In this document: positions 13,640 through 26,749 of the stretch, piece after piece | How positions within the stretch are numbered: position 1 is the stretch's first letter | Layout: each line of letters starts with the position of its first letter | From: Felis catus | Lineage: Eukaryota | Length of the DNA: 64,000 bases | Assembly (NCBI RefSeq): GCF_018350175.1 | Contig: NC_058369.1 | Location: 23,066,001-23,130,000, forward strand | Direction: 5' to 3' | Made by a program: the position numbers and the translations under genes | The notes under the pieces: generated by a model | Told to the model about the DNA's origin: nothing | Databases searched by the model: none | The model's input: only the letters and a program-made list of their open reading frames with translations

Positions 13640-15141
13640 CATTAGCAGAACATACATTTTTCTCAAGTGCATGTGGAACATTATCCAGGATAGATCACAT
13701 GGCAGGTCACAGAAAAAGTCTTAACAAATTTGAGAAGATGGAAATCATAAGTATCTTTTCCAACCACAATGGAATAAAAGTAGAAATCAATAGCTGAAGG
13801 ACAAACTGGAAAATTCACAAATGTGTGGAAACTAAACACACTTTGAACAACCAGTGGAGCAAAAAAGAAATCAAAAAGGAAATTGGAAAATATCTTGAGA
13901 CAAATGAAAATGAAAATACAGCATACCGAAACTTACGAGATGCAGCAAGAGCAGTACTAAGAGGGAATTTTATAGTGATAGATACTTATATTAGAAAAGA
14001 AGAAAGATCTCACCCTAAGTTAACACCTCAAGGAACTAGAAAAAAAGAACAAACTAAGCCCAAATTAGCAAAAGGGAAGAAATAATAAAGATTGAAGCAG
14101 AAATGAAGGAAACAGATAAAGGAAAAAAAATCAATGAGAGTAAGAGTTGATTTTTGGAAAAGATAAATGCAATTAAATTTTGGGTAGACTAAGGAAAAAG
14201 AGAGAAGACTTAAGATTGGAATGAAAGAGGAGACATGTGGTGTGATGTCACAAGGAGGAAAAGGGTCCTAAGACATTACTCTGAACAGTTATCCTCTATC
14301 AAAGTGGATAACCTAGAAGAAATGAATGAATTCTGAGAAACATACAACCTATCAAGACTGAATCATGACTAAAAAGTCTGAACACACCAATAACTGGTAA
14401 GGGGACTGAATCAATCATCCAAAATTTCCCAACAAAGAAACATCCAAGGTCTCATGGCTTCACTAGCCAATTCTGCCAAACATTTAAAGAAGAATTACTG
14501 TCAATTTTTCAGTAATAAGGAACAAAGAAAGGATGCACATTCTCGCCAGTTCTATTCAGCATAGTACTAGAAGTCCTAGCCAGAGCAATTAGGTGAGAAA
14601 AAGAAATAAAAGTCATTCAAATCAGAAAGGAAGAAGTAAAATTATCTGTGTGTAGATGACATGACCTCACATGTAGAAAACCCTAAAGACAAAAAAAAAA
14701 AAAAATCCTGTTAGAACTAATAAGTGAGGGATACCTGGGTAGCTCAGTTGGTTAAGCGACCAACTTCAGCTCAGGTCAAGATCTCGTGGTTTGTGAGTTC
14801 GAGCCCCGCATCGGGTTCTGTGCTGACAGCTCAGAGCCTGGAGTCTGCTGTGGAGTCTGTGTCTCCCTCTTTTTCTCTGCCCCTCCCCGCTTGCTCTCTG
14901 TTTCTCTCTCTCTCAAAAATAAATAAACAGTAAAAAAAATGGAATAAGTGAGTTCAACAAGGTTGCAGGATACAGAATCAATTTACAAAAATGAGTTGTG
15001 TTTTTATACATTGAAACAAGTTATATGAAAAGGAAATAAAGAAAAACAATCCCATTTATAATGGCATAGAAAAGAATAACGTACTTAGGAGTAAACTTAA
15101 CTAAGGCGATGAAAGACTTGCATGCTGAAAACTGTAAAGAT
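13640..15141 (+). mobile_element. Degraded L1 ORF2 fragment (endonuclease end to RT), internally deleted and SINE-interrupted
   Basis: YTFFSSAxGTxSRIDH-like start, ORF 13825-14085 (YLETNENENTAYRNLRDAARAVLRGNFI), GCxxSPxLFxIVLEVL and VKLSxxxDDM remnants; many stops and frameshifts. Confidence 0.9.
14729..14942 (+). mobile_element. Can-SINE nested in the L1
   Basis: Head cctgggtagctcagttggttaagcg, (CT)n, A tail; TSD aataagtgag at 14719-14728 and 14943-14952. Confidence 0.95.
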
Positions 15142-15269
15142 TGTTTCCTTCTCCCTCCTTTCCTTTCAGTTTAACACAATAAATATTAACCTTGTTGAAC
15201 AAAACCTCTGTTCTAATGAAACAAATGATAGGAATGATTTTGATAGTAGGAGGAATGGCCTTGGGAAGA

Positions 15270-16085
15270 AGATAAAATGTAGTAAGAGTGTGGGCTCGCG
15301 ACAGCCTGGTTCAGATTCTTACTCTGTTACTTACCAGTTGGGTTACCATAGGCAAGCCTCTAAAATGCTCAGTGGCTCAGTTTCTTCATCTGTAAAATCG
15401 AGATCATCATCATAATAAAACCTACCTGTATTTGTTTTATATTTCTGTGGTAACAGATGACCACATATGTAGTGGCCCAGACATCTCAAATTTCTGTAGG
15501 TCAGAAATCTGACATGGGTCTCAGTGGGCTAAATTCAAAGGGTCAGCAAGCTTGTATTCCTTTTTGGAGACCCTAAAAGATAATTTATTCTCTTGCCTTT
15601 TTCAATATCTAGAGGTTGTCCCCATTTCTTGACTCATGGCCTCCTTCCATCTGCAAAGCCGGAGTGGCCAGTTGAGTCTTCCTTTCCTCACATTATAGTA
15701 CTGACTCTGATGCCTTCTTCCACTTTAAAGGACCATTGGGGTGGTATTGGTCCAGCAGGATAATTCATAATGATTTTACTATTTTAAGGTCATCAGATTA
15801 ACAATCTCAATTCCGTATGCAACTTTAATTCCCCTTTGTCATGTAACATAACATCATCACAAAGTCTGGGGAATAGGATATAGATACCAAATTTGGGATG
15901 GGGGGAGGGGGCAACATTACTTTGCCTATCCCACTACCAGATAGGAATGTTGTAACAATTAAATGGTTCTTACAATATAATTATTATATGTAATGGCTCC
16001 TATATAATGATTTAAAGAGATGGCTCCTGTAATGGCTTTGAACAGTGCCAGTCACATAAGCACATGCTCAGTAAATGTCAGACAT
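15270..16085 (+). mobile_element. MIR split by an MLT1 LTR
   Basis: MIR core ...ctcagtttcttcatctgtaaaa...cctacc stops at 15426 and resumes ataggaatgttgtaacaattaaatg after 15938, ending gctcagtaaatgt. Confidence 0.75.
15427..15933 (-). mobile_element. MaLR solo LTR (MLT1C/D-like)
   Basis: TG...CA termini, 5-bp TSD ctacc (15422-15426, 15934-15938), MLT1-type motifs ttctgtaggtcagaaatctgacatgggtctcagtgggctaaa. Confidence 0.85.
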
Positions 16086-17739
16086 GACCCCATTATGTCG
16101 TACCATTTCATGAAGTTGTTTTGAAGAGGGGCAGGCTGCCAGCAGTTTGGTTTCCAGGAGGAATCCATGCTTCCTCCCTCACTGGTAGAAGTGATGATAA
16201 AAGTGTGTAGATAAGACAGCCAGTTCCTCCTCGAGACCTACACTTTGCTTTCCAAGGCCAAAGCTCAAGGCCTGAGATCCCTTTGGAATTGTGTGATTCT
16301 CCAAAGAAAACGTGTGGTTTGGACAAAGCCAATTTTATGAGTAGCAAGAATGAAACAAATTGGGTGAGATCCAAGCAGATAACATTATCCTCACAGAAAA
16401 ATAGCCAATAGGAAGGTAAGGAGCCACCCACCCCAGGATGTTATTAAGTCCGTGTAGGAGCTGGAGTCCAAGGTGTACTTAAGACAATAGACTCTGGAAT
16501 TGAAATCTCTTCTTGTCTCGCAAGCCTTAGTTTCCCCCACTTGTTTTATGTGAATAAAAATAATACCTACCTTAGCATGAGATGAGGGCTGGATGAGCTA
16601 ATATAGCCAAAGTGCTTGGCACAGGGAAGGCCTGGCACTAAGTGCTAGATCAGGGATAGGTCTGGGATGTTTTGTATGTACTCAGAATCCTGTTGAAAAT
16701 AATTAGAGTTGAAAGAGCCATTCTCCTGCTAGTCTGGGGCAAAGCTAGCAGGATTCTGAGCATTATTTCCAAAATCCTATTCTCATGTAGTTAAATCTCA
16801 GAGTGAATGTTTATTCCATTAAACATTCTTCCCCAGATTGCATCATATGTAATTATGAGATGAAAATGTTGTCTGGAGAATGAAAGTAGCCATTGTTCAA
16901 GTTTTATATAGGTGATGATAGTTTTTGAATCTTCTTTGTGGGAGGAGGAAGGATTTGTTGGTTGAGATGGATTATGACAATTGGGCCAGGGACAGAGAGC
17001 AGAAAGCCCCAATTTCTTGGTTGGAAAGAAATGTGTTGTAGGACCTGGACTCGGCAGGAGTAGTATCTTGGGCGGTTTTCATCCCACAACAAGGATAACT
17101 GAAGATAAAGACAAAGATGATGAAAGACAAGATGATATTTTAATGTCAACAGGCTAAGAAACAACAGTGCTGTTGTTTGCAGACAGCCTTTGTTCATCCG
17201 TGTGAGATTAGCCGTGGCATTAATTTATTCAGGATTATAGTTCAGAAGGAAAGTCAAAGCTGGAGTGCTTTCATTTAAGGAGCACATTATACTAACTCCA
17301 GGGTGGAGAGGCATTGGTGCCCTGCTCTGTGGCCAAAGATCCTTCTGAGTGATTTGTCTTTACAGGATGGCTTACCCAGAGCACAAACCTTAGAGGCCAC
17401 CTTTGCCTGCCTCGTAGCCACTGTCAGGATTCCTTATAGCCTTGTCGTACCCCGAGATTCTTTCGATTTCAAATGGTAAGAGCAATGGCCATACTTGGAA
17501 AGTGGAAACTGGTCAGGTCAGTGAGTCTCACCTAGAGCTACTGTGGTTCAGCCCCACTTGTCCAGGTTCCAGATATGTCTACACTTTGGGTAAAAATATT
17601 GCAACCATAGATTCTTTCCTCACCAGGCCAGCTTCTTAGCTCTGGAACATTTATACTTATTGTCATGAGGATGATGGGAGCACGGTATTATCACCAATAT
17701 TGTTAATATAAAACAAAGCAAAACAAAAACAACTTAATT

Positions 17740-17755
17740 TTGTTTTTATTATTTT

Positions 17756-17789
<34 letters not shown>

Positions 17790-18667
17790 TTTTTTTAATA
17801 TGAAATTTATTGTCAAATTGGTTTCCATACAATACCCAGTGCTCATCCCAACAGGTGCCCTCCTCAATGCCCATCACCCACTTTCCCCTCCCACCCACCC
17901 CCATCAACCCTCAGTTTATTCTCAGTATTTAAGAGTCTCTTATGGTTTGCCTCCTTCCCTCTCTATAACTTTTTTTTTCCCCTTCTGCTCCCCCCTGGTC
18001 TTCTGTTGAGTTTCTCAGGATCCACATATGAGTGAAAACATATGGTATCTGTCTTTCTCTGACTGACTTATTTCACTTAGCATAGTACCCTCCAGTTCCA
18101 TCCATGTTGCTACAAATGGCAAAATTTCATTCTTTCTCATTGCCAAATAGTATTCCATTGTGTATATAAACCACAATTTCTTTATCCATTCATCAGTTGA
18201 TGGGCATTTAGGCTGTTTCCATAATTTGACTATTGTTAGAAGTGCTGCTATAAACATTGGGGTACAAGTGCCCCTATGCATCAGCACTTCTGTATTCCCC
18301 GGGTAAATTCCTAGCAGTGCTATTGCTGGGTCATAGGGTAGATCTATTTTTAATTTTTTGAGGAATCTCCACACTGTTTTCCAGGGCGGCTGCACCAGTT
18401 TACATTCCCACCAGCAGTGCAAGAGGGTTTCCATTTCTCCACATCCTCGCCAGCATCTATAGTCTCCTGATTTGTTCATTTTGGCCACTCTGACTGGTGT
18501 GAGGTGATATCTGAGTGTGGTTTTGATTTGTACTTCCCTGATGAGGAGAGACGTTGAGCATCTTTTCACGTGCCTGTTGGCCATCTGGATGTCTTCTTTA
18601 GAGAAGTGTCTATTCACGTCTTCTGCCCGTTTCTTCACTGGGTTATTTGTTTTTCGGGTGTGGAGTT
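17740..18667 (-). mobile_element. 5'-truncated young carnivore L1 (ORF2 C-terminus, 3' UTR, A-rich tail)
   Basis: ORF 18015-18638 is the L1 ORF2 C-terminal domain (CWRGC...HCWWEC...HMFSLICGS); 15-bp TSD aaaaacaacttaatt at 17725-17739 and 18668-18682. Confidence 0.97.
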
Positions 18668-19498
18668 AAAAACAACTTAATTCTGAAAAAAAAATTAGAC
18701 TCATAATGAGTGCAGAATAGCTCAGTGTGAACCCATGCACTCTTCCCCTAACTTCCTCTGGTAATAGAATCTTATATAAACAGAGTTGATTAACTTTTTA
18801 ATGACTTTATATATTGAAAATTTCAAAAATACATGGGATAAGGTACAAAAAGCTTAAGTGTACAACTCTATGATTTTTTATATTTTTACCTAGTGACCAC
18901 TCTCACATAAACATCACAGACATCAAGATAACCTTCCAGCGCCTCCCGAGCCTTTCTCATCACACACTCTTCCAATCATTATGTCCCCCAAACATCATTA
19001 CTTTAATGGATTCTATCACCATGGATTAGTTTTACCTATTATTGATGTCTACTGCTGTATACCCTTTTGTATTTGGCTGATATATACTCTTCTGTATTTG
19101 ACCTCTTTTGGTCAATATTTTGTCTGTGAGATTCATCCAGGTTGTTGTGGTTGCCAGTGGTTTGTTCTTATCATTGTCATATCGTACTCTGTGATATGGA
19201 TATATCATCATTTATTTATCTCTTCTACTATAGACGGATATGTAGATTATTTCCAGTTTGGGCTCTTTCAAATTATGCTGCTATAAAAATTATTCCACAT
19301 GTCTTTTATGGCACACTTAGGTGTACATTTATGTTGGGGATATATGTGACAGTAGAATTGCTGGATCATCAGGTATGCGTATGTTAGGCATTAGTAGATA
19401 CTGCCAAAGAGTTTTCCAAAGTGACTACAACCATGCGAGTCCTAGCTCCTCTCTGCCAACACCTAATATCTTCAGTGTTTTTAATTTTAGCCATTCTG

Positions 19499-19499
<1 letters not shown>

Positions 19500-19539
<40 letters not shown>

Positions 19540-19556
19540 TGTGTGTGTGTGTGTGT
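19500..19556. repeat. (TG)n microsatellite with one interruption
   Basis: Read directly. Confidence 0.95.
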
Positions 19557-21672
19557 ATTAGTATCTAAGTGTCATTTAATTTTGCATTTCTGTGATGACG
19601 CCTATGTATCAGCTTTTCATATGTTCATTAGCTACTTGGAAGCCTTTGTGAAGCTTTTTTCTCATTTAAAAATTTACTATCTTTTTATTGATTTATGATA
19701 GTTTATATATTCTAGGTGTTGGCTATTTATTGGATATGCATAATGCAAATATCTTCTCCCACTCTGTGGCTTCTTCTGTCTCTCTTATAATGCTATATTT
19801 TGATAAATGAATTTTTTAATTTTGATAAAGTTCAATGCACCAGTCTTTTCTTTTGTAGATACTTTTGTGCATATACTTTTTGTGAGCAATTTAAGACCTA
19901 TGTCCCTACTCCAATGGTAGATGATATTCCCCATATTATCTTTTAGAAGCTTTATTATTAAGCTTCATTATTAAACTTTGTTATTAAGATCCATCTGGAA
20001 TTAATTAAGGTTTATTTTTCTCCACATGGATAGGATCCATTTCCATACAAATTTTGTAATCGGCCTATTAAGTTCCACAAAATATCCTGCTGGGACTTTG
20101 ACTGAGATTGAGATGACTATGAAAATAAATTGAAGAACAGACACATCTTTAGAATAGTGAGTCTTCCAGTCTGTGAACTGGGTCCATCCCTTTATTTTCT
20201 TTCTGTAACATTTTGTAGTTTGTGTGTGTGTGTGTGTTGAAAGTCTTATGCTTCTTTTCCTTTTTTTAAAAAATTTATTACCAGGTATTTGATGGATTTT
20301 TCCATCAAATGGGGTAGCCTTTGATTTTGTGTGCTAATATATGAAGACACAATATTTTATGTTGACCTTTTGTCCCATGACTTTATTAAATTCATTTACT
20401 AACTATAATTGTTATCATCTATGTATCCTTTCTGATTTTCAGCATACATAGCCGTTTTGTGTTTGAATAATGGCTGTTTAATTTCCTTCTTTTCAGTCAG
20501 TATTCCTTTGTTTCTTTTCTTACCTCCTTGCCTGACTAGAACCACCAGTACAATGTTGCAAAGGTAGGGATTAGGGTGGTCTTCTCTCATCCATGATCTC
20601 AGGGTGAACATTAATGGTAATGTTTTCATCATTAAATATTATATTGCTATTTATTTTTGTATATATTCTTTTTGAGGTTGGGACGTGCTATCCTATTCCT
20701 AGCTTGGTAAGAATTTAGTTGAATGGATGTTGAATTTTATCTAGTACTTTAGCATCTTTTGAAATTCTCATATTATTTTTTTCTTCTTAATTTTTTAATG
20801 CCATGGATTACATTGTTTGATTTTCAAATGTTAAACTAACTTTTCATTTAAAAATGAAATGTCGCAGTTAAAACCAACTTTGTCACAATATATTAAGCTT
20901 TTATTTTTCACTGAATTTGATTTGCTATGATTTTAAGATTTTTGTGTCTGTGTTCAGGAAAGATACGGGTCTGAAAATTTTCTTTTTTGAAAAGCTTTTT
21001 TCAGATTTTTGAATATCCTGGCCTCAAATTGAGTTTGAGTTGGGCAGTGTTTCTTCTTTTTTCTATTCTCTGGAAGGATTTGTGTAAGATTGTTCTTTCT
21101 TCCTTAATTGTATGGAAGAATTCAATGTTGAGACCACAAGGAACTGTAGTTTACTTTGAGGGAAGATTTTTCATTATAAATTCAATCACTTTAATAGATG
21201 TAAGGCTAGTCCAATTTTTTAAATTTCTTCTTTAATCGGTTTTGGTAAGTTGTACTCTTCAAGGAATGTGTCCATTTTTCTCAAATTCTCATTATTTATT
21301 GGCCTACAGCTGTTTATACAGTCCCCTCATTTAAAAAAAATATATAAAAGATCTATAGGACTTTCCCTTTTCCATTCTTAATGTGGTTAACTTGTGTTTT
21401 CATTTATTTTTTCTTAATCTGTCTTTTTAAGGATTCATCAATTGTATTGAATTTTCAAAAAGCAACTTGTGTATTGTACGTCTGTTTTCTATGTCATTGA
21501 CTTGATTCTTATTTTTTGTTTCCTTCCTTCTACTTTCTTTGGGTTAAATTTGACATTTTTGATAGCTTGTTAAAATGGAATCTTAAATCATTGATTTTCA
21601 GCTTTCTGTCTTTTTTATTATATGTATGTAGAGCTGTTTTTTTCCTAGTAGTTTAGAAATATCCTGCATGTT

Positions 21673-21746
21673 TTTATTTTTATTATCTTTTGTTTTTGTT
21701 TTTGTTTTAGAGAGAGAGCATGCACATGAGAGGGGAGAGGCGCAGG

Positions 21747-21800
<54 letters not shown>

Positions 21801-21895
21801 TTAAGCAGGCTCCATATTCAGTGTAGAACCTGATGTGGGGCTCAATCCCAGGATCCCAAAATCAAAATCAAGAGCCTGACCAACCCAGGCACCCC
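21673..21895 (-). mobile_element. Can-SINE with partly deleted head and long (GA)n
   Basis: TSD tcctgcatgtt at 21662-21672 and 21896-21906; ends acccaggcacccc. Confidence 0.9.
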
Positions 21896-23061
21896 TCCTG
21901 CATGTTGTTAAATATTATATTTTCATTATCATTGAATTAAAACTATTTTCTAATTTTCATTGTGGACTCTTTTTTTTTTTTTTTGTCCCATGGGTCAAAG
22001 TGTATTATTTAATTTTGAAGCAATTTGGATTCCAGATTTTCTAGTTAATATTTTATGATTTATAGCTTATTCCACTGAAATATTAAATAGCTTCTGTATG
22101 ATTTTAGTCCTTTCAGATACATTTAGAATTGCTTTATAGGCATGTGTTTTGGTTAACGATCTTGAGAACTTGTAAAATAATGCATTCTGTAGTTTATGGA
22201 TATACTGTTCTATAAATGTCAGTTAGGTCAGATTGGCTAACTATGATATTCAGAAGTATTTCTCTTCTGATTCCTTTGGTTGTCTGTTCTGTCAGTTATA
22301 AATAGGTGTTTTTAAAGTCCCCCACTGTGATATATTTCTCTATTTCTCACTTTTGTTCAGTCAGTTTTTGTTTAACACATTGCTATGTCTTCATTATTCT
22401 CAGTATGTAAATATAGGATCGTCACATTTTCCTGTTGAATCAACCTTTTTATTACATCTATTAAAAAATTACATCTATTAAAAGATAGTGTTATTTATAA
22501 TTACACTGGATTACAAGATGTGAAAGTAAAAACGTGACACATGATAAACTAAAAATAGTCAATATTCAGTGTAACTATTGACAGATTTGAGCTAACCACC
22601 CTCCTGCTTATGTGTCCCATCTATGCTTCTTTGTTTCTTTTTTCCTCTTTAGTTGGTTAATCTGAAAGAAGGCAAAAACGTTTTATTTTCAGTTTTTTTC
22701 TCTACTAGCTTGCTAGTAATGCATTACCGTGTATTTATTTTGGTGGCTATCCTAGACATTATAACACTTACTCTTCAATTATTACTCCTACCATTTTCCA
22801 GATATTGTACCTAAGGGCAGTTTAACTCTATTTTACCCCTTTTGCCCTTAATGCTATTTAACACCCAACCATGATTATTATCATTTTTAAACAGATGATA
22901 ATTACTTAGATTTACTCATATAGCTTTCCCCCCCTTTCTATGTTATTAATTGCCTCCTACTTTGCCATGCTAGCTACTGGGGTCATGTTTCTTTCTGCCT
23001 GAAGTATTTGAATTCTGCTGATAACAAAGCTGTCTGAAAATGTTAAAAGTTTGCTTTCATT

Positions 23062-23282
23062 AAAAAAATTTTTTGTAATGTTTCTTCATTTTTGAAAGAC
23101 AGAACATGAGTGGGGGAGGGGCAGAGACAGAGACACACACACACACACACACAGAATCCGAAGCAGACTCCAGTCTCTGAGCTGTCAGCCCAGAGCCCAA
23201 TGTGGAGCTCGAACCCACGAACCTGAAATCATGACCTGAGTCGAAGTTGGATGCCTGACTGACTGAGCCACCCAGGCGCCCC
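23062..23282 (-). mobile_element. Can-SINE (felid type) with internal (CA)n
   Basis: Ends gactgagccacccaggcgcccc; TSD containing ttgctttcatt on both sides. Confidence 0.95.
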
Positions 23283-26200
23283 AAATTTTTGCTTTCATTT
23301 TAAAGGATTCTTTTCCTGACTATAAAATTCTAGTTGGAGACTTAGGCTCATTTAGTCCTTAAAATATGTGTTCTGTTGTCTCTGCCCTTCATGGTTTCCA
23401 TTGGGAAGACAGTTCTCAGTCTTACTATTGATCTCTAGAGAGTTCTGTCTTCTTTTCTTTAGCTGGCTTGCAGATTTTCTTCTTCAGTTTCTAGAATTTT
23501 TTTTATGTATAAATGTGTTTTTATTTTGTATTTATTCTATTTGGAGTATGTATATCTTCTTGAATCTGTAACTGGATGTTTATCATCAGTTCTGTAAAGT
23601 TTTTGGCTCATTTTCTTCAAATATTTCCTTTGTCTCATTCTTTCCCTTACTTCCTTTGGAATCTCAGTTACATTTATCAGAACTTTTGACCAGATCACAT
23701 ACTTGTTTTTTTTTTCCTTTTTTTTCTTCTCTGCCATTTAATCTGGATATTTTTTACTGATTTATTCTTCAGTTCATTTACCTTCTTTTGTACAGTGTCT
23801 AATCTTCTATTAAACCCCTATGTGGAATTCCTAATTTCAGTCACTTTCAGTTCTAGAAATTCCATTTTTTTCTTTCTTATACTTCATCTTTTCATCTGTT
23901 TTCTTTAATATTTTAATTGTAGGTATTTTAGAGCCCGTGCCTGATAACTAATATCTGTATCACTTTTAAGTCTATTTTTTTCTTTCTTTTAATTTTCAAT
24001 TATTTGTTTCTTGGCATGCCTGGCAGTTGTTGAGGCTTTCAACATCTTTATATTCCTCTTGAAAGGAATAAATGCTATGGTAGGCAGATAGAATACAGGC
24101 AAAGTACCTTGAACCAATTATGGCTGGCTTATTTATGATTTGTCCTTACTTCCAAGGTGTAGCCCTTTTAGGGGTTCCACAGGAAAGCCTGTTGTTTCTA
24201 CCTGTGCCCACTCCTTGGTGAGCACTTAACTTCAGGTTTTGATTTCCCATGCTTAATGTTTCAGTCTCTTATCAGCTGCTCTTTGCTTGGTTTCATGGAG
24301 TCTTGCCCAATTTAGGGGTTAGCAAATGACTTAAGGAGAAATTGCCTACAAAATATAGAATTACCTCTCCAGCGTTCCATTTTATTTGGGATCTTTTCCC
24401 TCATGTTATGGCTTCCTCTGTAGCACGGAACCCAGTTTTGTCTCCCTATCCTAGTGAGACTGCCACTAACCCCAGGTTACTGTTTTCTGTTTGGCTTCTG
24501 TGTCCTTCTCCATGAATTGGCAAATTCCACAGTCAGGGAAGGGACAGTAAATGTAGGGCTTCACTCCATGCAGTTCTCCTCCCTCTAGGATCTAGTACCT
24601 TCAAGTTCTGGTTATCATGTTCTCTGATGCCTCCATGCAGCTGTTTGTGTTTATACCTTATCCAGTCTCATTGGATGTTCTCAGTGTTAGGGTGCGTTCA
24701 TCTGACAGCATCTAGTCTATCATAGCCACAAGTAGAATTTCTCCAGTTAACGCTTTTTAATTTGGCTATAAAGGTTGCTTCATTCAAGAAGCTGGACTCC
24801 ATGTGTTGTTGCTATTTGATTGTGTACAGAGTCACCAGGTACTGGTGGGCGTCCAGACACAGCTTTGTGGAGGAAATGCTGAGCCCAGAAATACCAGCTT
24901 TTTCCACTCAGGGGTTGTTGAGAGGAGTATTGCCTTTATCTCAGTATGGTTATGAAGTAGTTCTTTCTAGCATATAAAATTCTATGAACTCCAATTTTTA
25001 AAGGTGCTCTACACTTTAGAAATTGATCTTTATAGAAGCTTTTTTTTTTTTTTTTTTTTACTATGTGCGGGCCGCTTAGAAAAGCTTAAAAAGTCTTAGT
25101 TCTCACTTGAAAAAATATACATCCTATAGTATTAGCATATTAAAGACATAGACCAGCATTTTTCACACTAATGCATATAATTTTGCTACTCTAGATGTTG
25201 AGACTATAGTAATGAACAAGGCAGAAAAGAATCCTTAGAGGGGACTGAAATTTCCTGTGCAATCCACATTGGGGGCACCAGGACCATGTACAGAAGACAT
25301 GTTTATGAAACACTGAATTGGATTAATCTCTATGGACAACTGCTGTGCCTTATTTCTGCTTCCAGTGGTCACTGACTCTATTTTTAAAAGGCTAGCTAGA
25401 GCATGTCAATATGAAAGAATGTCTAATGGAAGTGGTCATTTTGGAGTGTTTTGCTTCCTCTAGGGACTGTATCAGATTGAAACAGAATTTTTAATTTACC
25501 ACAGTGAGTCTGACTCTTGGCTATGCATTGTCACACTTTTCAACAACCATTGCTGCATTACTGAAACAAAATTAATTTAAATTCTCTTTAAACCCATCTT
25601 TCGGTTTGATTTTCTAAATTAAAACTGTCAAGAGATCAAATAATAGTGTCATTACATTGAAAGATAGGGAACTGTGCTTTAAAAACTACCAGCCCATTTG
25701 ATCTACCATACAGAACTAGGTTGGCAATTATCCTAAAAGAGTCAACTTGGCAAGAAATCAGAGAATCTGAAGAGTCAGTCAATGATCACATGTAAACCTG
25801 TCTTGTGATTTTATGTAGTTATGTATTTAAATGACTGCATATACAGACATATACATACACCTGTATATACATACTTTTTTCAGATTCCTAGGCTGATATT
25901 CCTCTTAGATAATTAGGAAAGGCATATCTTCATGCAAAGTTGTGCCGCCTTATGAAAGGAACACTTAGAACCTATGATGGTTTATATTACCCATGGCACT
26001 GTTTCTGTTACCAGCGAGAATAGCTGACGCTTGATTCTGTCTTTCGTTTACCTGACGTCATTCATCAGAAGGATTTTGGAGAATTCTGTATTATTTAGGA
26101 GGAGTTTCCCATACTAGGAAAATAACTGCAAAGCCTGTATCTCCAAAATTTTTGGTTTTCAGCAGGACCCAGGACTCTGTGACTATGAGTTAAAATATTT

Positions 26201-26749
26201 GTGCCTTCAGATTCCAAATGAGGCAGGGCTGTTTAATGGCAGATTATGTCTCCTTTGGAGACACTCAGGTATTTAGGCAAACATTTCAGTACCAGAAAAA
26301 GTATATATGGCAATGGCATAGATCAAAAGCATCACCATGTAATTGAAACTGACTTTGTATTGGGTTCCTTCAGTGTCAAGACTCTCTTTATTTCTCTCTG
26401 AGAGCAACATTTTCCTTTTTATCTTTATTTATGTCAGTTTTTCCTTAATCGTCTTCGAATGTTTGTGAGTTGGTGCTCACATGTCCCCATTCTGTTTTTT
26501 AAATCCATTTGTTGCCGTTTTCCTTTTACAGAGAGAGGAAGCGTTCTGTTTAGGCTACATGTTTAAGGGCGAAAAGTGTTTATAGAATCTTCATCTGCTT
26601 CCCCTGAGCCTGATCTATTTGATGACATCACTCTATAATTTTACATGATTTGGACAATACAAAGTGTACAGGGTAGAATATTTGGGACAGCAAACAGGAC
26701 ATGTTTTTATAATTACCCAGAAAACCCAGGCTATAGCTTGTGGTTCTTT

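Larger units (their letters stand above)
18795..24730 (-). mobile_element. Long, highly degraded ancient L1 (L1M-class) spanning 3' end, ORF2 and ORF1 remnants
   Basis: Continuous T-rich antisense L1 similarity: 3' region near 19.1-19.5 kb, ORF2 remnants 19.6-22.4 kb, ORF1 remnant EIPKEVRERMRQRKYLKK at 23537-23737. Boundaries approximate. Confidence 0.8.

Noticed and set aside
22450..22485. 17-bp tandem duplication attacatctattaaaaa (similar short duplication near 62265)
   Set aside because: Ordinary slippage inside degraded L1.
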